Shown here: one piece after another, positions 9,871 to 19,764 of the stretch | How positions within the stretch are numbered: the stretch's first letter is position 1 | How the letters are laid out: each line of letters opens with the position of its first letter | DNA from: an uncultured Spirochaetota bacterium | Lineage (GTDB): Bacteria; Spirochaetota; Spirochaetia; SZUA-6; CAVTHK01 | NCBI GenBank assembly: GCA_963734495.1 | Contig: CAVTHK010000001.1 | Span: 416,001-480,000 of the forward strand | Direction of reading: 5' to 3' | Length of the DNA: 64,000 bases | Notes under the pieces: generated by a model | Seen by the model: the letters and a program-made list of their open reading frames with translations, nothing else | Told to the model about the DNA's origin: nothing | The model's database searches: none | Made by a program: the position numbers and the translations under genes

Positions 9871-11175
9871 CTAGTCCGCCAACGCCGCGTCGGCGCCCTT
9901 CTGCGCTGCCTTCAGCGCATCAGCCGGCGTCGCCTGGTTGAAGAGGACCTTCTGGACCTCCTTCGCGATGGCGCCGCTCACCGGAGTCCACTTGGGGTGG
10001 ATCTGGAAGACCACGGTGCCGGGGTCCTGCAGCTGCTTGATCAGGCCCTGGTACTGCGGCCCGTCGTAGATCGGCAGCTTCCAGTTGTCCTGCCACACCG
10101 AGACGTGGCCCTCGTAGGGCGCGAACAGGGCCTCCATGGCTTTGGAGGTGAAGAACTTCATGTACTCCCACGCCTGCGCCGGATTATCGCTGTTGCCGCT
10201 GACCATCCACTTCTGGTCCGCGATGTAGGTGGCGTGCACCGGATTGCCCGGCATCAGGTCCATCGCCCACTTCATGTTCGGCGCCGCCTTCTTGTACCGG
10301 GAGATGTGGCCGCCGTGGCCCCACCACATGGCGACCTTGCCGGCGAACTGCAGGGTTTCGCGGGCCGAGTCCTTGTCCGGTGGCAGCCACGACTTGCTGA
10401 CCCAGATGTTGTCGTGTATGTACTGCAGCGCCTGCTCGGCCTTCTGGTTGCCCGCCAGGGTGTAGACCGGCTTGCCCGCCTTGTACTCCATGATGCTTCC
10501 GCCGTTTTGCCGTGTCCAGCTGTCCAGCATCGTCTCGCGGCCGGTCGGGTCGTTGCGCGTGTAAGTGTACATGGCGAAGCCGTAGATGTCGGGCCCGAGG
10601 GAGTGGATCTTGCTCGAGTAACTGGCGAGCTCGTCCCAGGTCGCGGGCGGCTTCGTGAGGCCGGCCTGCGCGAAGAGGTCCGTGTTGTACGAGAACGTCA
10701 TCCAGTACTCGCCGCGCGGCAGCCCGTAGATCTTGCCCTGCCAGGAGCAGCCGTCCTCGACGTGCTTGAAGAAGAAGGGGCTCGCGTTCAGCTCCTTCTC
10801 CTTGTCGCGGTTCCAGTAGGCGGTCAGGTCCCTGAGCATCCCACGCGACGCGAAGTCGACCAGCAGGTCGCCCTTGGCGTACAGCACGTCCGGCCAGCTC
10901 TTGCTCACGTAGGTGGCAAGCAGCTTGGTGTACAGGTCGTTCCAGCCGCCCGGCACGTTGGTGAGCTCCACCGCGATCTTGGGATACTTCTTCTGGAACT
11001 CCGCGGTCACCGCCTCGAAGCCGGGGTAACGGACCGCATCGGCCTGAACCCAGACGGAGATCTTGGCGGGCTGGTCCGCGGCCGCCTTTCCCCCCTCGGA
11101 CTGGGCGCTCGCCCACGCAAAGGTGGACAGTCCCGCGAGGACCGCGAGCACCGCGAAGAAACGCATCTGCCTCAT
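9871..11175 (-). CDS. Extracellular sugar-binding protein of an ABC transporter
   Basis: Start MRQMRFFAVL after SD GAGGAGGAG; signal peptide; motifs IYGLPRG, YNTDLFAQAGL, PPATWDEL. Confidence 0.92.
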   Translation of the reverse strand: MRQMRFFAVLAVLAGLSTFAWASAQSEGGKAAADQPAKISVWVQADAVRYPGFEAVTAEFQKKYPKIAVELTNVPGGWNDLYTKLLATYVSKSWPDVLYAKGDLLVDFASRGMLRDLTAYWNRDKEKELNASPFFFKHVEDGCSWQGKIYGLPRGEYWMTFSYNTDLFAQAGLTKPPATWDELASYSSKIHSLGPDIYGFAMYTYTRNDPTGRETMLDSWTRQNGGSIMEYKAGKPVYTLAGNQKAEQALQYIHDNIWVSKSWLPPDKDSARETLQFAGKVAMWWGHGGHISRYKKAAPNMKWAMDLMPGNPVHATYIADQKWMVSGNSDNPAQAWEYMKFFTSKAMEALFAPYEGHVSVWQDNWKLPIYDGPQYQGLIKQLQDPGTVVFQIHPKWTPVSGAIAKEVQKVLFNQATPADALKAAQKGADAALAD

Positions 11176-11346
11176 AGCTCCTCCTCGTTCGGCAGTCGTC
11201 GGCACATCAAGGCCGGTTGACTCTGCTTTCCGGCACGTGGCAGATTGCCCGGCAACACATCAAGTCAAAGCGCCGGGTCGGCTCACGATACGATTGTAGC
11301 AGACCCCGGAGCGTCCGAGCAAGCGCGATCGCCACGGGAGGTGTTT

Positions 11347-12264
11347 GTGAACTACCGCAAGCTGGGGAACACGGGCCTCGTCGTTTCTGAAATCTCGATG
11401 GGCTGCAACCGGCTCGGCGAGCCGGAGCAGGGCGCGGATCACTGGACTTCCCTCGTGCGGAAAGCGGTCGACCTCGGGGTGAACCTCTTCGACACCTCCG
11501 AGTCTTACGGCTGGGGCGCGAGCGAGGAGATGCTCGGCCGCGGGCTCGAGGGTCTCGCGGACGTGTACGTGGCCACCAAGATCAGCCGCGTCAAGGAGAC
11601 CAATGCGAATGACTTCTCCGCGGCGCGCATCGTGGCGCAGGCCGAGGCGAGTCTCAAGCGCCTCCGTCGCGAAACGATCGACATCTATCAGCTCCACAGC
11701 CCGCGCCGCGAGGAGATGGAGCGCTTCGACTGGGTCGAGGGCCTGGAGAAGCTGCGCAAGGACGGCAAGATCCGCTTCCCCGCGGTGGCCTGCAACAGCG
11801 CGGCGGACGCCGTGTGGCTGATCCGCAAGGGGTACGTCCGGGCGCTGCAGATCACGTACAACATCTTCGAAACCGACGCGGAATCCGAGCTCTTCGCGCT
11901 CGCGCTCGAGAAGGGCGTGGGCCTCATGGGCCGCCTGCCGCTCGCGCAGGGCATCCTCACGGGGAAGTTCCAGGCGGGCAAGGAGGTGCCCAAGGGGCAT
12001 CGGGCGCACCTCGCCGGCAACAAGATGGCGAAGCTCATCGAGATGGCGGAGCAGCTCAAGCCGCTGGGAGCCGGCTATCCCGGCGGCATGGCCCGAATGG
12101 CGCACCATTTCGCCATCACGCCGCGCGCGATGTCGGCGACCATCCCGGGCGCGCGAACGCTCGAGCAGCTCGCGGACAACGTCGCCGCGTCCAACGGCGT
12201 CGGACTGGAGCCGGTTCTGAGACAAAAGATAGACGCGATCAGGGCTGGGTGGCGCAAGGAATAG
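11347..12264 (+). CDS. Aldo/keto reductase
   Basis: GTG start after GGGAGG: MNYRKLGNTGLVVSEISMG...FDTSESYGWGASE...SLKRLRRETIDIYQLHSP...PLAQGILTGK...IPGARTLEQL. Confidence 0.92.
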   Translation: MNYRKLGNTGLVVSEISMGCNRLGEPEQGADHWTSLVRKAVDLGVNLFDTSESYGWGASEEMLGRGLEGLADVYVATKISRVKETNANDFSAARIVAQAEASLKRLRRETIDIYQLHSPRREEMERFDWVEGLEKLRKDGKIRFPAVACNSAADAVWLIRKGYVRALQITYNIFETDAESELFALALEKGVGLMGRLPLAQGILTGKFQAGKEVPKGHRAHLAGNKMAKLIEMAEQLKPLGAGYPGGMARMAHHFAITPRAMSATIPGARTLEQLADNVAASNGVGLEPVLRQKIDAIRAGWRKE

Positions 12265-12280
12265 GGTCAAGGAGAAGGCA

Positions 12281-13267
12281 ATGGCCGAAGAGCTGAAGCT
12301 GGCAATCATCGGGTGCGCGACTTTCTCGTACGGGTTCCTCTACGACACGACCAAGACGCTCCCCGTCCGCCTCGTCGCCGCGAGCGACCCGAAGGCCGAG
12401 GCGCTCGCGCGTTTCGCCGGCCGCTACCACGTGCCCGCGACCTACGCGGACTGGAAGGAGATGCTCGCGCGGGAGAAACCCCAGGCCGTCCTGGTCTTCC
12501 CGCAGGGCCTCCCCCTCTACGAGGTCAACAAGGCGTGCCTCGAGGCCGGGGCCAATGTGTTCACGGAGAGGCCCGGCTGCGAGACGCGCGAGCAGGCAGC
12601 CGAGCTCGCGCGCGTGGAAGAGCGCACGGGCCGCTTCGTGATGGCGCGCTTCAACAAGCGTTACATCCCGGCTTACCGGATGGCGCGCGAGGTGATGCGC
12701 CGCCCGGAGTTCGGGGGCGCGACCATGTACCTCGCCAAGTACCACGCGGGGGAGTACGCCAGCGAGCAGGCGTTCCTCGAGAGCCACATCGTGCACCACG
12801 TCGATCTCGTCCGCTACTACCTGGGCGAGATCAGGAGCATGCGCGGCGACATCGTGCGCATCAGCCCCAAACAGGTCGGCGTCAACGCGTCGTTCGTCGC
12901 CGAATCGGGCGCGGTCGGCGTGCTGCAGTCGAGCTCGCTGCAGAGCCGCGGCTCCTACCCGCTGGAGCGGGTGGAGATCACGGGCCGGCAGCGCTGCGTG
13001 ATCGTCGACAACCTCACCCGAGTCGAGTACCACAGGCCCGGCTCCGCGAAGACGGCGGCCGAGCCGCCGGTGCTCGCCGAGGGCGGAGACAGCCTGGTGT
13101 GGGACCCGAGCATGACGCAGCTCGGCAACTACGGCCACAACGGCTTCGAGGCGATGACGCAGGAGCTGGTGTCCTGCACCCTCGAAGGCCGCACGCCCGA
13201 GCTGCACATGAGCGACGTCGTGCGCACGCTCGAGCTTCTCGACCGCCTGGTGGCCTCGCTGCGCTGA
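12281..13267 (+). CDS. Gfo/Idh/MocA-family oxidoreductase
   Basis: N-terminal Rossmann fold LKLAIIGC, ACLEAGANVFTERP (variant of EKP), RFNKRY, HIVHHVDL. Confidence 0.85.
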   Translation: MAEELKLAIIGCATFSYGFLYDTTKTLPVRLVAASDPKAEALARFAGRYHVPATYADWKEMLAREKPQAVLVFPQGLPLYEVNKACLEAGANVFTERPGCETREQAAELARVEERTGRFVMARFNKRYIPAYRMAREVMRRPEFGGATMYLAKYHAGEYASEQAFLESHIVHHVDLVRYYLGEIRSMRGDIVRISPKQVGVNASFVAESGAVGVLQSSSLQSRGSYPLERVEITGRQRCVIVDNLTRVEYHRPGSAKTAAEPPVLAEGGDSLVWDPSMTQLGNYGHNGFEAMTQELVSCTLEGRTPELHMSDVVRTLELLDRLVASLR

Positions 13268-13289
13268 GCGGACGCCGGCCCGGGTAGGC

Positions 13290-13319
13290 TTGACGCGCTT
13301 GAGAGCACCTCAGTAAGTT
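13290..13319 (+). promoter_or_regulatory. Putative sigma70 promoter for the TPP-riboswitch operon
   Basis: TTGACG (13290-13295), 18 nt, TAAGTT (13314-13319), just upstream of the aptamer. Confidence 0.55.
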
Positions 13320-13339
13320 GATCGCAGCTGTTTGACAAG

Positions 13340-13440
13340 ATCCGAAGGGGAGCGCGGGCCGATCGCCGCGCTGAGAGGGGAGTACGCGTGACTCCCGACC
13401 CTGGAACCTGAACTGGGTAATACCAGCGGAGGGATCGGTG
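13340..13440 (+). ncRNA. TPP (THI-box) riboswitch aptamer
   Basis: Conserved elements in order: CCGA-AGGGG...GCTGAGA...GACCC-TGGAACCTGA-AC-TGGGTAATACCA-GCGGAGGGA-TCGG. It sits upstream of thiamine-related transport genes. Confidence 0.95.
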
Positions 13441-13458
13441 CTCGCACGTCGACCAACG

Positions 13459-13486
13459 CGCCGCCCTCCCGGGCGGCGTTTTTTTT
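13459..13486 (+). terminator. Intrinsic terminator forming the riboswitch expression platform
   Basis: CGCCGCCC-TCCC-GGGCGGCG followed by a run of 8 T, between the aptamer and the first gene. Confidence 0.88.
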
Positions 13487-13502
13487 GCTTCGGGAGGTTC
13501 CC

Positions 13503-14120
13503 GTGTTCGTGGGCTGCCAGTTTTCTCTCTATCCGATGACAGACCGCTTTGTGGAGGTCATCCTCTCGGCGGTCGACGGCCTCAAAGACCGCGGCGACCT
13601 CCGGGTCGAGACCGATGATCTCAGCACGCTGCTCGTCGGCTCTCCCAAGGCCGTCTTCGACGGGATCGAGCGCTGCTTCCTCAAGGCGGCCGCGGCTCCC
13701 GGTCACCTGATCCTCAACGCGACCTTTTCCCGTGGCTGCCCCGGCGAGCCTGACGACCCTCTCTGCCGGCCGGAGAAGCCGCAGGCGGCCGGCGCGCTGC
13801 TCGACGTTCCGCGCGTCCCTGAATCAGGCTGCGAGGTGGCCGCGCAGTTCGCGGTCTACCCGCTCGGCGCCGAGGGCTACATGGACGTGATCGCGCGAGA
13901 GATCGAGGAATCGAAGAGGGCCGGCGTCTTCGCCGGCGGAAAGCATTTCTGCACGCGGCTCGGCGGCGACGCCGCGCGGGTGTTCGCCGCGATGCTGAAC
14001 GCGTTCGAACGAGCGGGCGAACGGACCGGGCACGTGGTCCTCACGGCAACCGTGTCCAAGGGAAGCCCGACGAGATCGCCGTCCGCCGGAGAGCGGACCG
14101 GCAGGGGAGGAGAGGCATGA
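13503..14120 (+). CDS. ykoF: YkoF-like thiamine/HMP-binding protein
   Basis: GTG after GGGAGG. Two repeats (GCQFSLYPM...ATFSRGCPGE and AQFAVYPLG...HFCTRLGGD...TVSKGSP); first gene after the TPP riboswitch. Confidence 0.85.
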   Translation: MFVGCQFSLYPMTDRFVEVILSAVDGLKDRGDLRVETDDLSTLLVGSPKAVFDGIERCFLKAAAAPGHLILNATFSRGCPGEPDDPLCRPEKPQAAGALLDVPRVPESGCEVAAQFAVYPLGAEGYMDVIAREIEESKRAGVFAGGKHFCTRLGGDAARVFAAMLNAFERAGERTGHVVLTATVSKGSPTRSPSAGERTGRGGEA

Positions 14121-14737
14121 GTGAAACGACGGGCCGCCTGGAGGCGGCCGCTTCGGGCGTACCCGCGACGGGGCGGGGCTGGACGCTGCGGGAGACGCTG
14201 GTCGTCGCCATCGGCGGCGTGGTGTTCGCGTTCCTGTACCTCGGATGGGTGGAGGTCTGGCTGTTCGTGCAGGGGCTGACCGGGCCGCTGGCCATGGACG
14301 CGATGTTCGGCTTCTGGTTCTGCGCGTCCACGTTTGCCGCGTACATCATACGCAAGCCCGGCGTCGCCTTCGTCTCGGCGCTCGTCGCCGGCGCGACGGA
14401 GATCCTCGCGGGGAATCCTTCGGGTGCGATCCTGATGCTGACCGCCGCAGTGCAGGGTGCCGGGTCCGAGGTGCCCTTCGCCATCACGCGGTGGCGGAGC
14501 TATCGCCTGCCGGTCCTGCTCGCTTCGGGGGCCGCGGCCGCCGTGTTCAGCTTTGCCTACAACTGGGTCCGCTTCGGCTACTGGAAGCTGGCCGCGGGGC
14601 TTCTCGTGACCATGTTCGTCGTCCGAGTGGCGAGCGGGGCGCTGCTGGGAGGCTGGCTGGGCAAGCTCCTCGCCGACGCCGTTGCCCGCACGGGGGTCCT
14701 CAGAGGGCTCGGGATCGACGCGGCAAGGCGCGCATGA
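14117..14737 (+). CDS. ykoE: YkoE-like ECF transporter S component
   Basis: Hydrophobic 206 aa protein with GFWF, IIRKPGVAF and VQGAGSE motifs; ATGA-coupled to ykoF. Confidence 0.85.
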   Translation: MSETTGRLEAAASGVPATGRGWTLRETLVVAIGGVVFAFLYLGWVEVWLFVQGLTGPLAMDAMFGFWFCASTFAAYIIRKPGVAFVSALVAGATEILAGNPSGAILMLTAAVQGAGSEVPFAITRWRSYRLPVLLASGAAAAVFSFAYNWVRFGYWKLAAGLLVTMFVVRVASGALLGGWLGKLLADAVARTGVLRGLGIDAARRA

Positions 14738-16421
14738 GCGAGGTCGTGCGGCTCCGATGGCTTCTCGCTGCGCTACCCGCAGGCGGAAGCCCCGGCGCCG
14801 CGCGACCTCACGCTTTCGATCGCGAGCGGCGAGCGCGTGCTGCTCCTCGGCCCGAGCGGATCGGGCAAGAGCAGCCTGGCGCTCGCCCTCGCCGGCGTCA
14901 TTCCGCACGGCGTTCCCGCGATCCTCTCCGGGGTCTGCGTCGTCGCGGGCAGCGACGTGGCGGCGACGCAGCCCGCGGCGCTGGCACGCAAGGTCGCCAT
15001 CGTGTTCCAGGACCCGGAGAGCCAGTTCTGCACGCTCAGCGTCGAAGACGAAGTCGCCTTCACTCTCGAGAACAGGCGCGTCCCGGCCGCCGGGATGGGA
15101 CCGCGCATCGAAGCGGTGCTGGACCGAGTCGGTCTTGCACGCCACCGGGCGACGCGGCTCGACCGCCTGTCCGGAGGTGAGAAGCAGAAGGTCGCCTGCG
15201 CCGCCGCTCTCGCCGCCGAGCCCGAGCTTCTCATCTTCGACGAGGCGACCTCCAACCTGGACCCCGCGGGCGCGCGCGGGATGATGCGGCTCATCCGCGG
15301 GTTCCTCGAGCAGGATCGCGCGCGCACGTTCCTCCTCATCGAGCACCGCATCGACAGCTGCCTCGACCTCGTCACGCGCGTGCTCGTGCTCGATCGCTCA
15401 GGCGCCCTCATCGCCGACGGCGCGCCGCGGGACGTCTTTCTCGACCGCGCCGATCTGCTCGAACGCGAAGGGATCTGGCAGCCGGCGGCGGCGCGCCTGG
15501 CGCGCTCCCTGCGGGCCGGCGGGCTTCCTTTGCCCGGCGCGCTGGACCTCACGGAGGTCGTAGCGCTCCGTGCGCGGCGACCCCCGCGCCTCCCGACTGG
15601 TGCGAGAGTGGGCCCGCCCGGCGACCGCGGCTTCGCCGGGCCCGCCGGACGGGACTGCGGTCGAGATGTCGGCCGTGAGCTTCGGCTACCCCGGGGGCGG
15701 CGAGATCCTGAAGGAGGTGTCGCTCAGGATCAACGAGGCGGAGATCTTCGCTCTCGTCGGCGCCAACGGGGCCGGCAAGACGACGATCGCCCAGATCGTC
15801 TGCGGGCTCCTGAGGCCGACAAAGGGCGAAGCGCGGCTCTTCGGCCGACTCGCCTCGGTGATGCGCGCCCGCGAGGCGGCCCGCCTCTGCGGGCTCGTGT
15901 TCCAGAACCCCGAGCACCAGTTCGTCGCCGACACCGTCGCCGAGGAGCTCGCGTTCGGGCCGCGCAAGCTCGGCTCTCCGCCCGCGGAGATCGAGAGGCG
16001 CGTGAGCGCGCTCGTCCGCTCGCTCGGGCTCGAAGGGAGGGAAGCGGCGAGCCCCTTCGACCTGAGCGGCGGGCAGAAGCGGCGGTTGAGCGTCGCCGCG
16101 ATGCTCGAGGACGAGCGGAAGCTGCTCATCCTGGACGAGCCGACCTTCGGCCTCGACGCGGGAGGCGCGCGGGAGATCCGCGACGCGATCATGCGCCTCA
16201 ACCGCGAACGCATGACCATCCTTCTGATCAGCCACGACATGGAGCTCGTCTACGAGCTTTCGCATCGCGCGGCCGTGGTCGCGGGCGGGCGCATCGCGAG
16301 AGCCGGCGCGCCGGCAGAGCTGTTCCGCGACCGGGATCTTCTGGAATCCTCGGGGCTGGAGCCGCCGCCAGAGATCGCCGCTCTCGAGTCACTGGCGATG
16401 CCGGCCGGGAGCGCATTGTGA
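14734..16421 (+). CDS. ykoD: YkoD-like duplicated ECF ATPase; two apparent +1 frameshifts (near 14755 and near 15565)
   Basis: Two ABC domains: GPSGSGKS/FQDPESQ/LSGGEKQK/DEATSNLD and GANGAGKT/FQNPEHQ/LSGGQKRR/DEPTFGLD. Start ATG 14734 overlaps the ykoE stop; the span is 1688 nt, i.e. 3n+2. Confidence 0.85.
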
Positions 16422-17248
16422 GGCCGAGCCTGTCGGGCGGCCTGTTCGCTCAGTACGAGCGCGCGAGCCCCCTCGCGCGTATCAACCCGGTCGTCAAGCT
16501 CGCCGTCGCCCTCGGCATCATGATGGCGGCCACCGCGATCTTCGACGCCGCCGCGCTCGCGGCGCTGCTCGTCCTCGCCCTCGCGCTCACGGTGGTCGCC
16601 GGTCGCGTGCCGCTGCGCGTGCTCGGCCGCGGCCTTCTTCCCTTTATCCTGTTCGGGCTGGGTTATCTCTGGATGAACGCCCTCTTCCCGCGCGAGGGAT
16701 CGGCCGCCCCGCTCCTCGTCCTCGGGCCGCTCCGCGTCGACGGCCAGGGGCTCGCGAACGGCGCGACCATGGGGCTGCGCGCCCTCTGCTTCGGCGGCCA
16801 TTCGCTGCTGTTCGTGGCGACGACCGATCCCACGATCTTCGCGCTGAGCCTCGTCAGGCAGCTGCGCCTGTCGCCCAGGGCCGCCTACAGCCTGTTAGCC
16901 GCCTACCGGCTGCTGCCGCTCCTCGAGTCGGAGCTGCGCCAGATCCGCGCCGCTCACCGGATGCGCGGCGTGGGCGAGGGTCAAGGGCTGCGCGGCAAGG
17001 TGCTCCGCATCTACCGCTACACGCTGCCGCTCCTCGCCGGCTCGCTGCGGCGGGCGGGCAGGATCGCGGCGGCGATGGAGTCGCGCGGCTTCGACGGGTC
17101 GCGCGACCGCACGTGGTACCGCGACGTGCGGGTCGCGCGGAGGGACTGGCTGTACGCGGCGGCGATGACCGCGGCCCTCGCCGCGATCCTCGTGGCGGCC
17201 GGCTCGCTCGGGCGGCTTACGGCCTGGAGCGGCAGGCTCTGGGGTTAA
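16418..17248 (+). CDS. ykoC: YkoC-like ECF transmembrane T component
   Basis: GTG start overlaps the ATPase stop. SPLARINPVVKL, AYRLLPLL...AHRMRG and AAAMESRGF are EcfT motifs. Confidence 0.88.
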   Translation: MRPSLSGGLFAQYERASPLARINPVVKLAVALGIMMAATAIFDAAALAALLVLALALTVVAGRVPLRVLGRGLLPFILFGLGYLWMNALFPREGSAAPLLVLGPLRVDGQGLANGATMGLRALCFGGHSLLFVATTDPTIFALSLVRQLRLSPRAAYSLLAAYRLLPLLESELRQIRAAHRMRGVGEGQGLRGKVLRIYRYTLPLLAGSLRRAGRIAAAMESRGFDGSRDRTWYRDVRVARRDWLYAAAMTAALAAILVAAGSLGRLTAWSGRLWG

Positions 17249-18768
17249 GCCAGGAGCACGCCGACCGAATGGGGCGGCAGCGCCACCCGCAGCCGGCCGT
17301 CCGCGGCGACGCTCACCTCGCGGCTCTCGACTCGGACCCTCGACGGCGCGTCGACGTCGTTCCAGGCGTCCTTGTCGGGCGCGACGAGGCAGGAAAAGCG
17401 GGGAGCGCGCCCGGCGCTGCCGCGCGCGTCGATCACCGCCTCGAGCTCGCGGTCCGGGTCGCGGTTCACCAGAGAAAGCGCCACGGCGCCTCCGCGCGAG
17501 TGGCGCGTCGCGGCCGCGTCCACCGCCGGGACCGGCACCGATTTCCCCTCGTGCGTGAGGTCGAGCACGGGCGCATCCTCCACCCACCAGTCGACGACCT
17601 CGTCGCCCATCATCTCCCCGTAGAGCCTGAAGACGTCGTAGGTCGAGCGCGTCACGACTCCGCCCGGGTGGGCGTAGATCGCACCGCGCGTGTTGACCAT
17701 CGGCGAGAAGTTCGCCATCCCGACGACGTCGCAGTGCGCGAGGCACTGATTCAGGAAGCAGGCCGCGAATATGGCGTCGGCGGTGGTGTACTGCGAGTTG
17801 GCGTCGTTGATGTCCCGCGGGGCGAGGTATGCGGCCGGCTCGACGGCGTCCAGGTTCGGATGATGCCAGCAGCGCAGGTTCCACTCGTCAAAGGCGATCC
17901 TGATCCTGTCGAGGAGGCCGAGAGCGCCCAGCAGGTGCCGCATGAACTGGATGCGCTCCCCGATGCGCGCGGAGAACACCATGCACGACTCGTAGGGCGA
18001 GACGCGGTCGCTCACGCGGTTCAGGCGGTCCCAGTAGCCGTGGATCGAAACCCAGTCGATCAAGGGCCCGGCCTCCTTGAGCAGCTGCACGTTCCAGTCG
18101 AAGGGCGCGGCCGTCGACCGGTAGGTCCTGTCCGCCGCGACGCACGCGGCGAAGATCTCGATCGAGGGGTCGACGCGCTTCATCATCTTGGCCGACTCGC
18201 GGACGAAAGCGCCCCACTCCGCCGCGGTCTTCGCCCCGATCTCGCCCGAGAGGTAGTTCTCGTTGCCGACGCTCCAGTACCTGACCCGGAAGGGATCGCG
18301 ATGGCCGTTCTCGATGCGTCTGCGCGCCCAGGGTCCGCCCGAAGCGAGGTTGCAGTACTCCACCCAGTCGCTCATCTCCTCCGCGGTGCCCGAGCCGGCG
18401 TTGGTGCAGATGTAGGGCTCCGAGCCGACCCGGCGGCAGAGCTCGACGAACTCGTCGGTGCCGAAACGGTTGGATTCCTCGACGCGCCAGGCCTTGTCGA
18501 AGGCGGGCGTGCGGCCCGTGCCGATCCCGTCTTTCCAGTGGTAAGCCGAGGCGAAGCAGCCGCCCGGCCAGCGGATCACGGGCGGCCTGATGCGACGCAC
18601 CGCCTCGATCACGTCGCTCCGGAATCCCGCTTCATCGGCGAGAGGCGAGCCCGGCTCGAAGATCCCGCCGTAGATCTGGCGGTGGAAGTGCTCGATGAAC
18701 TGGCCGTAAATCCTGGGATCGCGCCTGCCGACGAGCCTCGCCGGCTCCACGTGCACCTTCACATTCAC
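17245..18768 (-). CDS. Alpha-L-arabinofuranosidase-like glycoside hydrolase, family GH51
   Basis: IYGQFIEH, IRWPGGCF, FGTDEF, WVEYCN, WSVGNEN (acid/base) and IAFDEWN (nucleophile). Confidence 0.92.
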   Translation of the reverse strand: MNVKVHVEPARLVGRRDPRIYGQFIEHFHRQIYGGIFEPGSPLADEAGFRSDVIEAVRRIRPPVIRWPGGCFASAYHWKDGIGTGRTPAFDKAWRVEESNRFGTDEFVELCRRVGSEPYICTNAGSGTAEEMSDWVEYCNLASGGPWARRRIENGHRDPFRVRYWSVGNENYLSGEIGAKTAAEWGAFVRESAKMMKRVDPSIEIFAACVAADRTYRSTAAPFDWNVQLLKEAGPLIDWVSIHGYWDRLNRVSDRVSPYESCMVFSARIGERIQFMRHLLGALGLLDRIRIAFDEWNLRCWHHPNLDAVEPAAYLAPRDINDANSQYTTADAIFAACFLNQCLAHCDVVGMANFSPMVNTRGAIYAHPGGVVTRSTYDVFRLYGEMMGDEVVDWWVEDAPVLDLTHEGKSVPVPAVDAAATRHSRGGAVALSLVNRDPDRELEAVIDARGSAGRAPRFSCLVAPDKDAWNDVDAPSRVRVESREVSVAADGRLRVALPPHSVGVLLA

Positions 18769-18840
18769 CGCTCGCTCCCTTCAACTCTTTTCCGGGGGAG
18801 TATAGCAGAGGGGGCGTTTCGAGGTATAAGAATCGTTCCC

Positions 18841-19626
18841 ATGAAACCGTCGTACGATTTTCACATCCACACGTATCTCAACGGGCACTCCGACCCGAAA
18901 CAGGACGTCCCGACCATCATCGCCCGCGCCGAGGAGCTGGGCCTCGAGATGATCGCCATCACCGAGCACGTCATCGAACCCGCGAACGTCGCCTGGGTCC
19001 GCCAGGTCGCCGCGCAGGTGGCGCCGCGCGCGGCGCGCTGCAGGGTCATCGTCGGCGCGGAGATCGACGTCGATCCCGGCAGGGGGGACGGCGGGCTCGT
19101 CATCCAGCCGGACCCGCGGATCGGTCTTGTGCTGGGCAGCCTCCACACCTTTCCCGGCACGAAGCTCATGCCGCACTGCGGGCAGATCCCGGACCTGGGG
19201 CGCGAAGAGATGATCTCGCGCTGGCGCAGGGCGCTGCTCGGAATGGCGTCCAACCCGAGGATCGACGTCATCGCGCATCCGGGCGCGCTCATCGCGAACG
19301 CGCTCCCGCACGAGACCTTCGCGCCCGACGTGCTCGAGACCTTCGCGGAGGCCGCGGAGCTGTCGGCACGGCACGGGATCGCGTGGGAGGTCAACCGCCT
19401 CATCGCCGCGAAGCTGCGGCCGGGACAACGGCAGGAATACTGGAAGATCCCCGCGATCGCGCTCGACGCCGGCGTCAGTCTCGTCTACGGCTCGGACGCG
19501 CACCGACCGGCCGACATCGCGAGCACCGCCTTCGTCGAAGACGTGGCAGAGAGGCTGGGCGGCTGGAGCTGCCTCCAAAGACCCGTGCTGCCCCGCCGGG
19601 GCCTCGGCGTCCCTGCGGAGCGGTGA
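18841..19626 (+). CDS. PHP-domain phosphoesterase
   Basis: MKPSYDFHIHT...GHSD, IAITEH, GAEID, GSLH, IAHPG, WEVN and GSDAH metal-binding motifs. This is the true gene within ORF 17113..19626. Confidence 0.9.
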   Translation: MKPSYDFHIHTYLNGHSDPKQDVPTIIARAEELGLEMIAITEHVIEPANVAWVRQVAAQVAPRAARCRVIVGAEIDVDPGRGDGGLVIQPDPRIGLVLGSLHTFPGTKLMPHCGQIPDLGREEMISRWRRALLGMASNPRIDVIAHPGALIANALPHETFAPDVLETFAEAAELSARHGIAWEVNRLIAAKLRPGQRQEYWKIPAIALDAGVSLVYGSDAHRPADIASTAFVEDVAERLGGWSCLQRPVLPRRGLGVPAER

Positions 19627-19764
19627 TCGCGCCGGCCGGCGATTCGACGCATCCCCGCTTGCATGAGTAGCTTTGCTTGACGGGCCTGCACGCGGCCGCC
19701 TTCCCATCAGCGGGAGACGCGGCAGGGCTGCGCCGTCCCGCTGAACGGACAGGGAGGTGTGCTC

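Noticed and set aside
14837-17248. 803 aa ORF suggesting an ATPase-EcfT fusion
   Set aside because: The middle section is out-of-frame read-through of the second ATPase domain (15570..16421). It results from an apparent +1 indel, and EcfT has its own GTG start at 16418.
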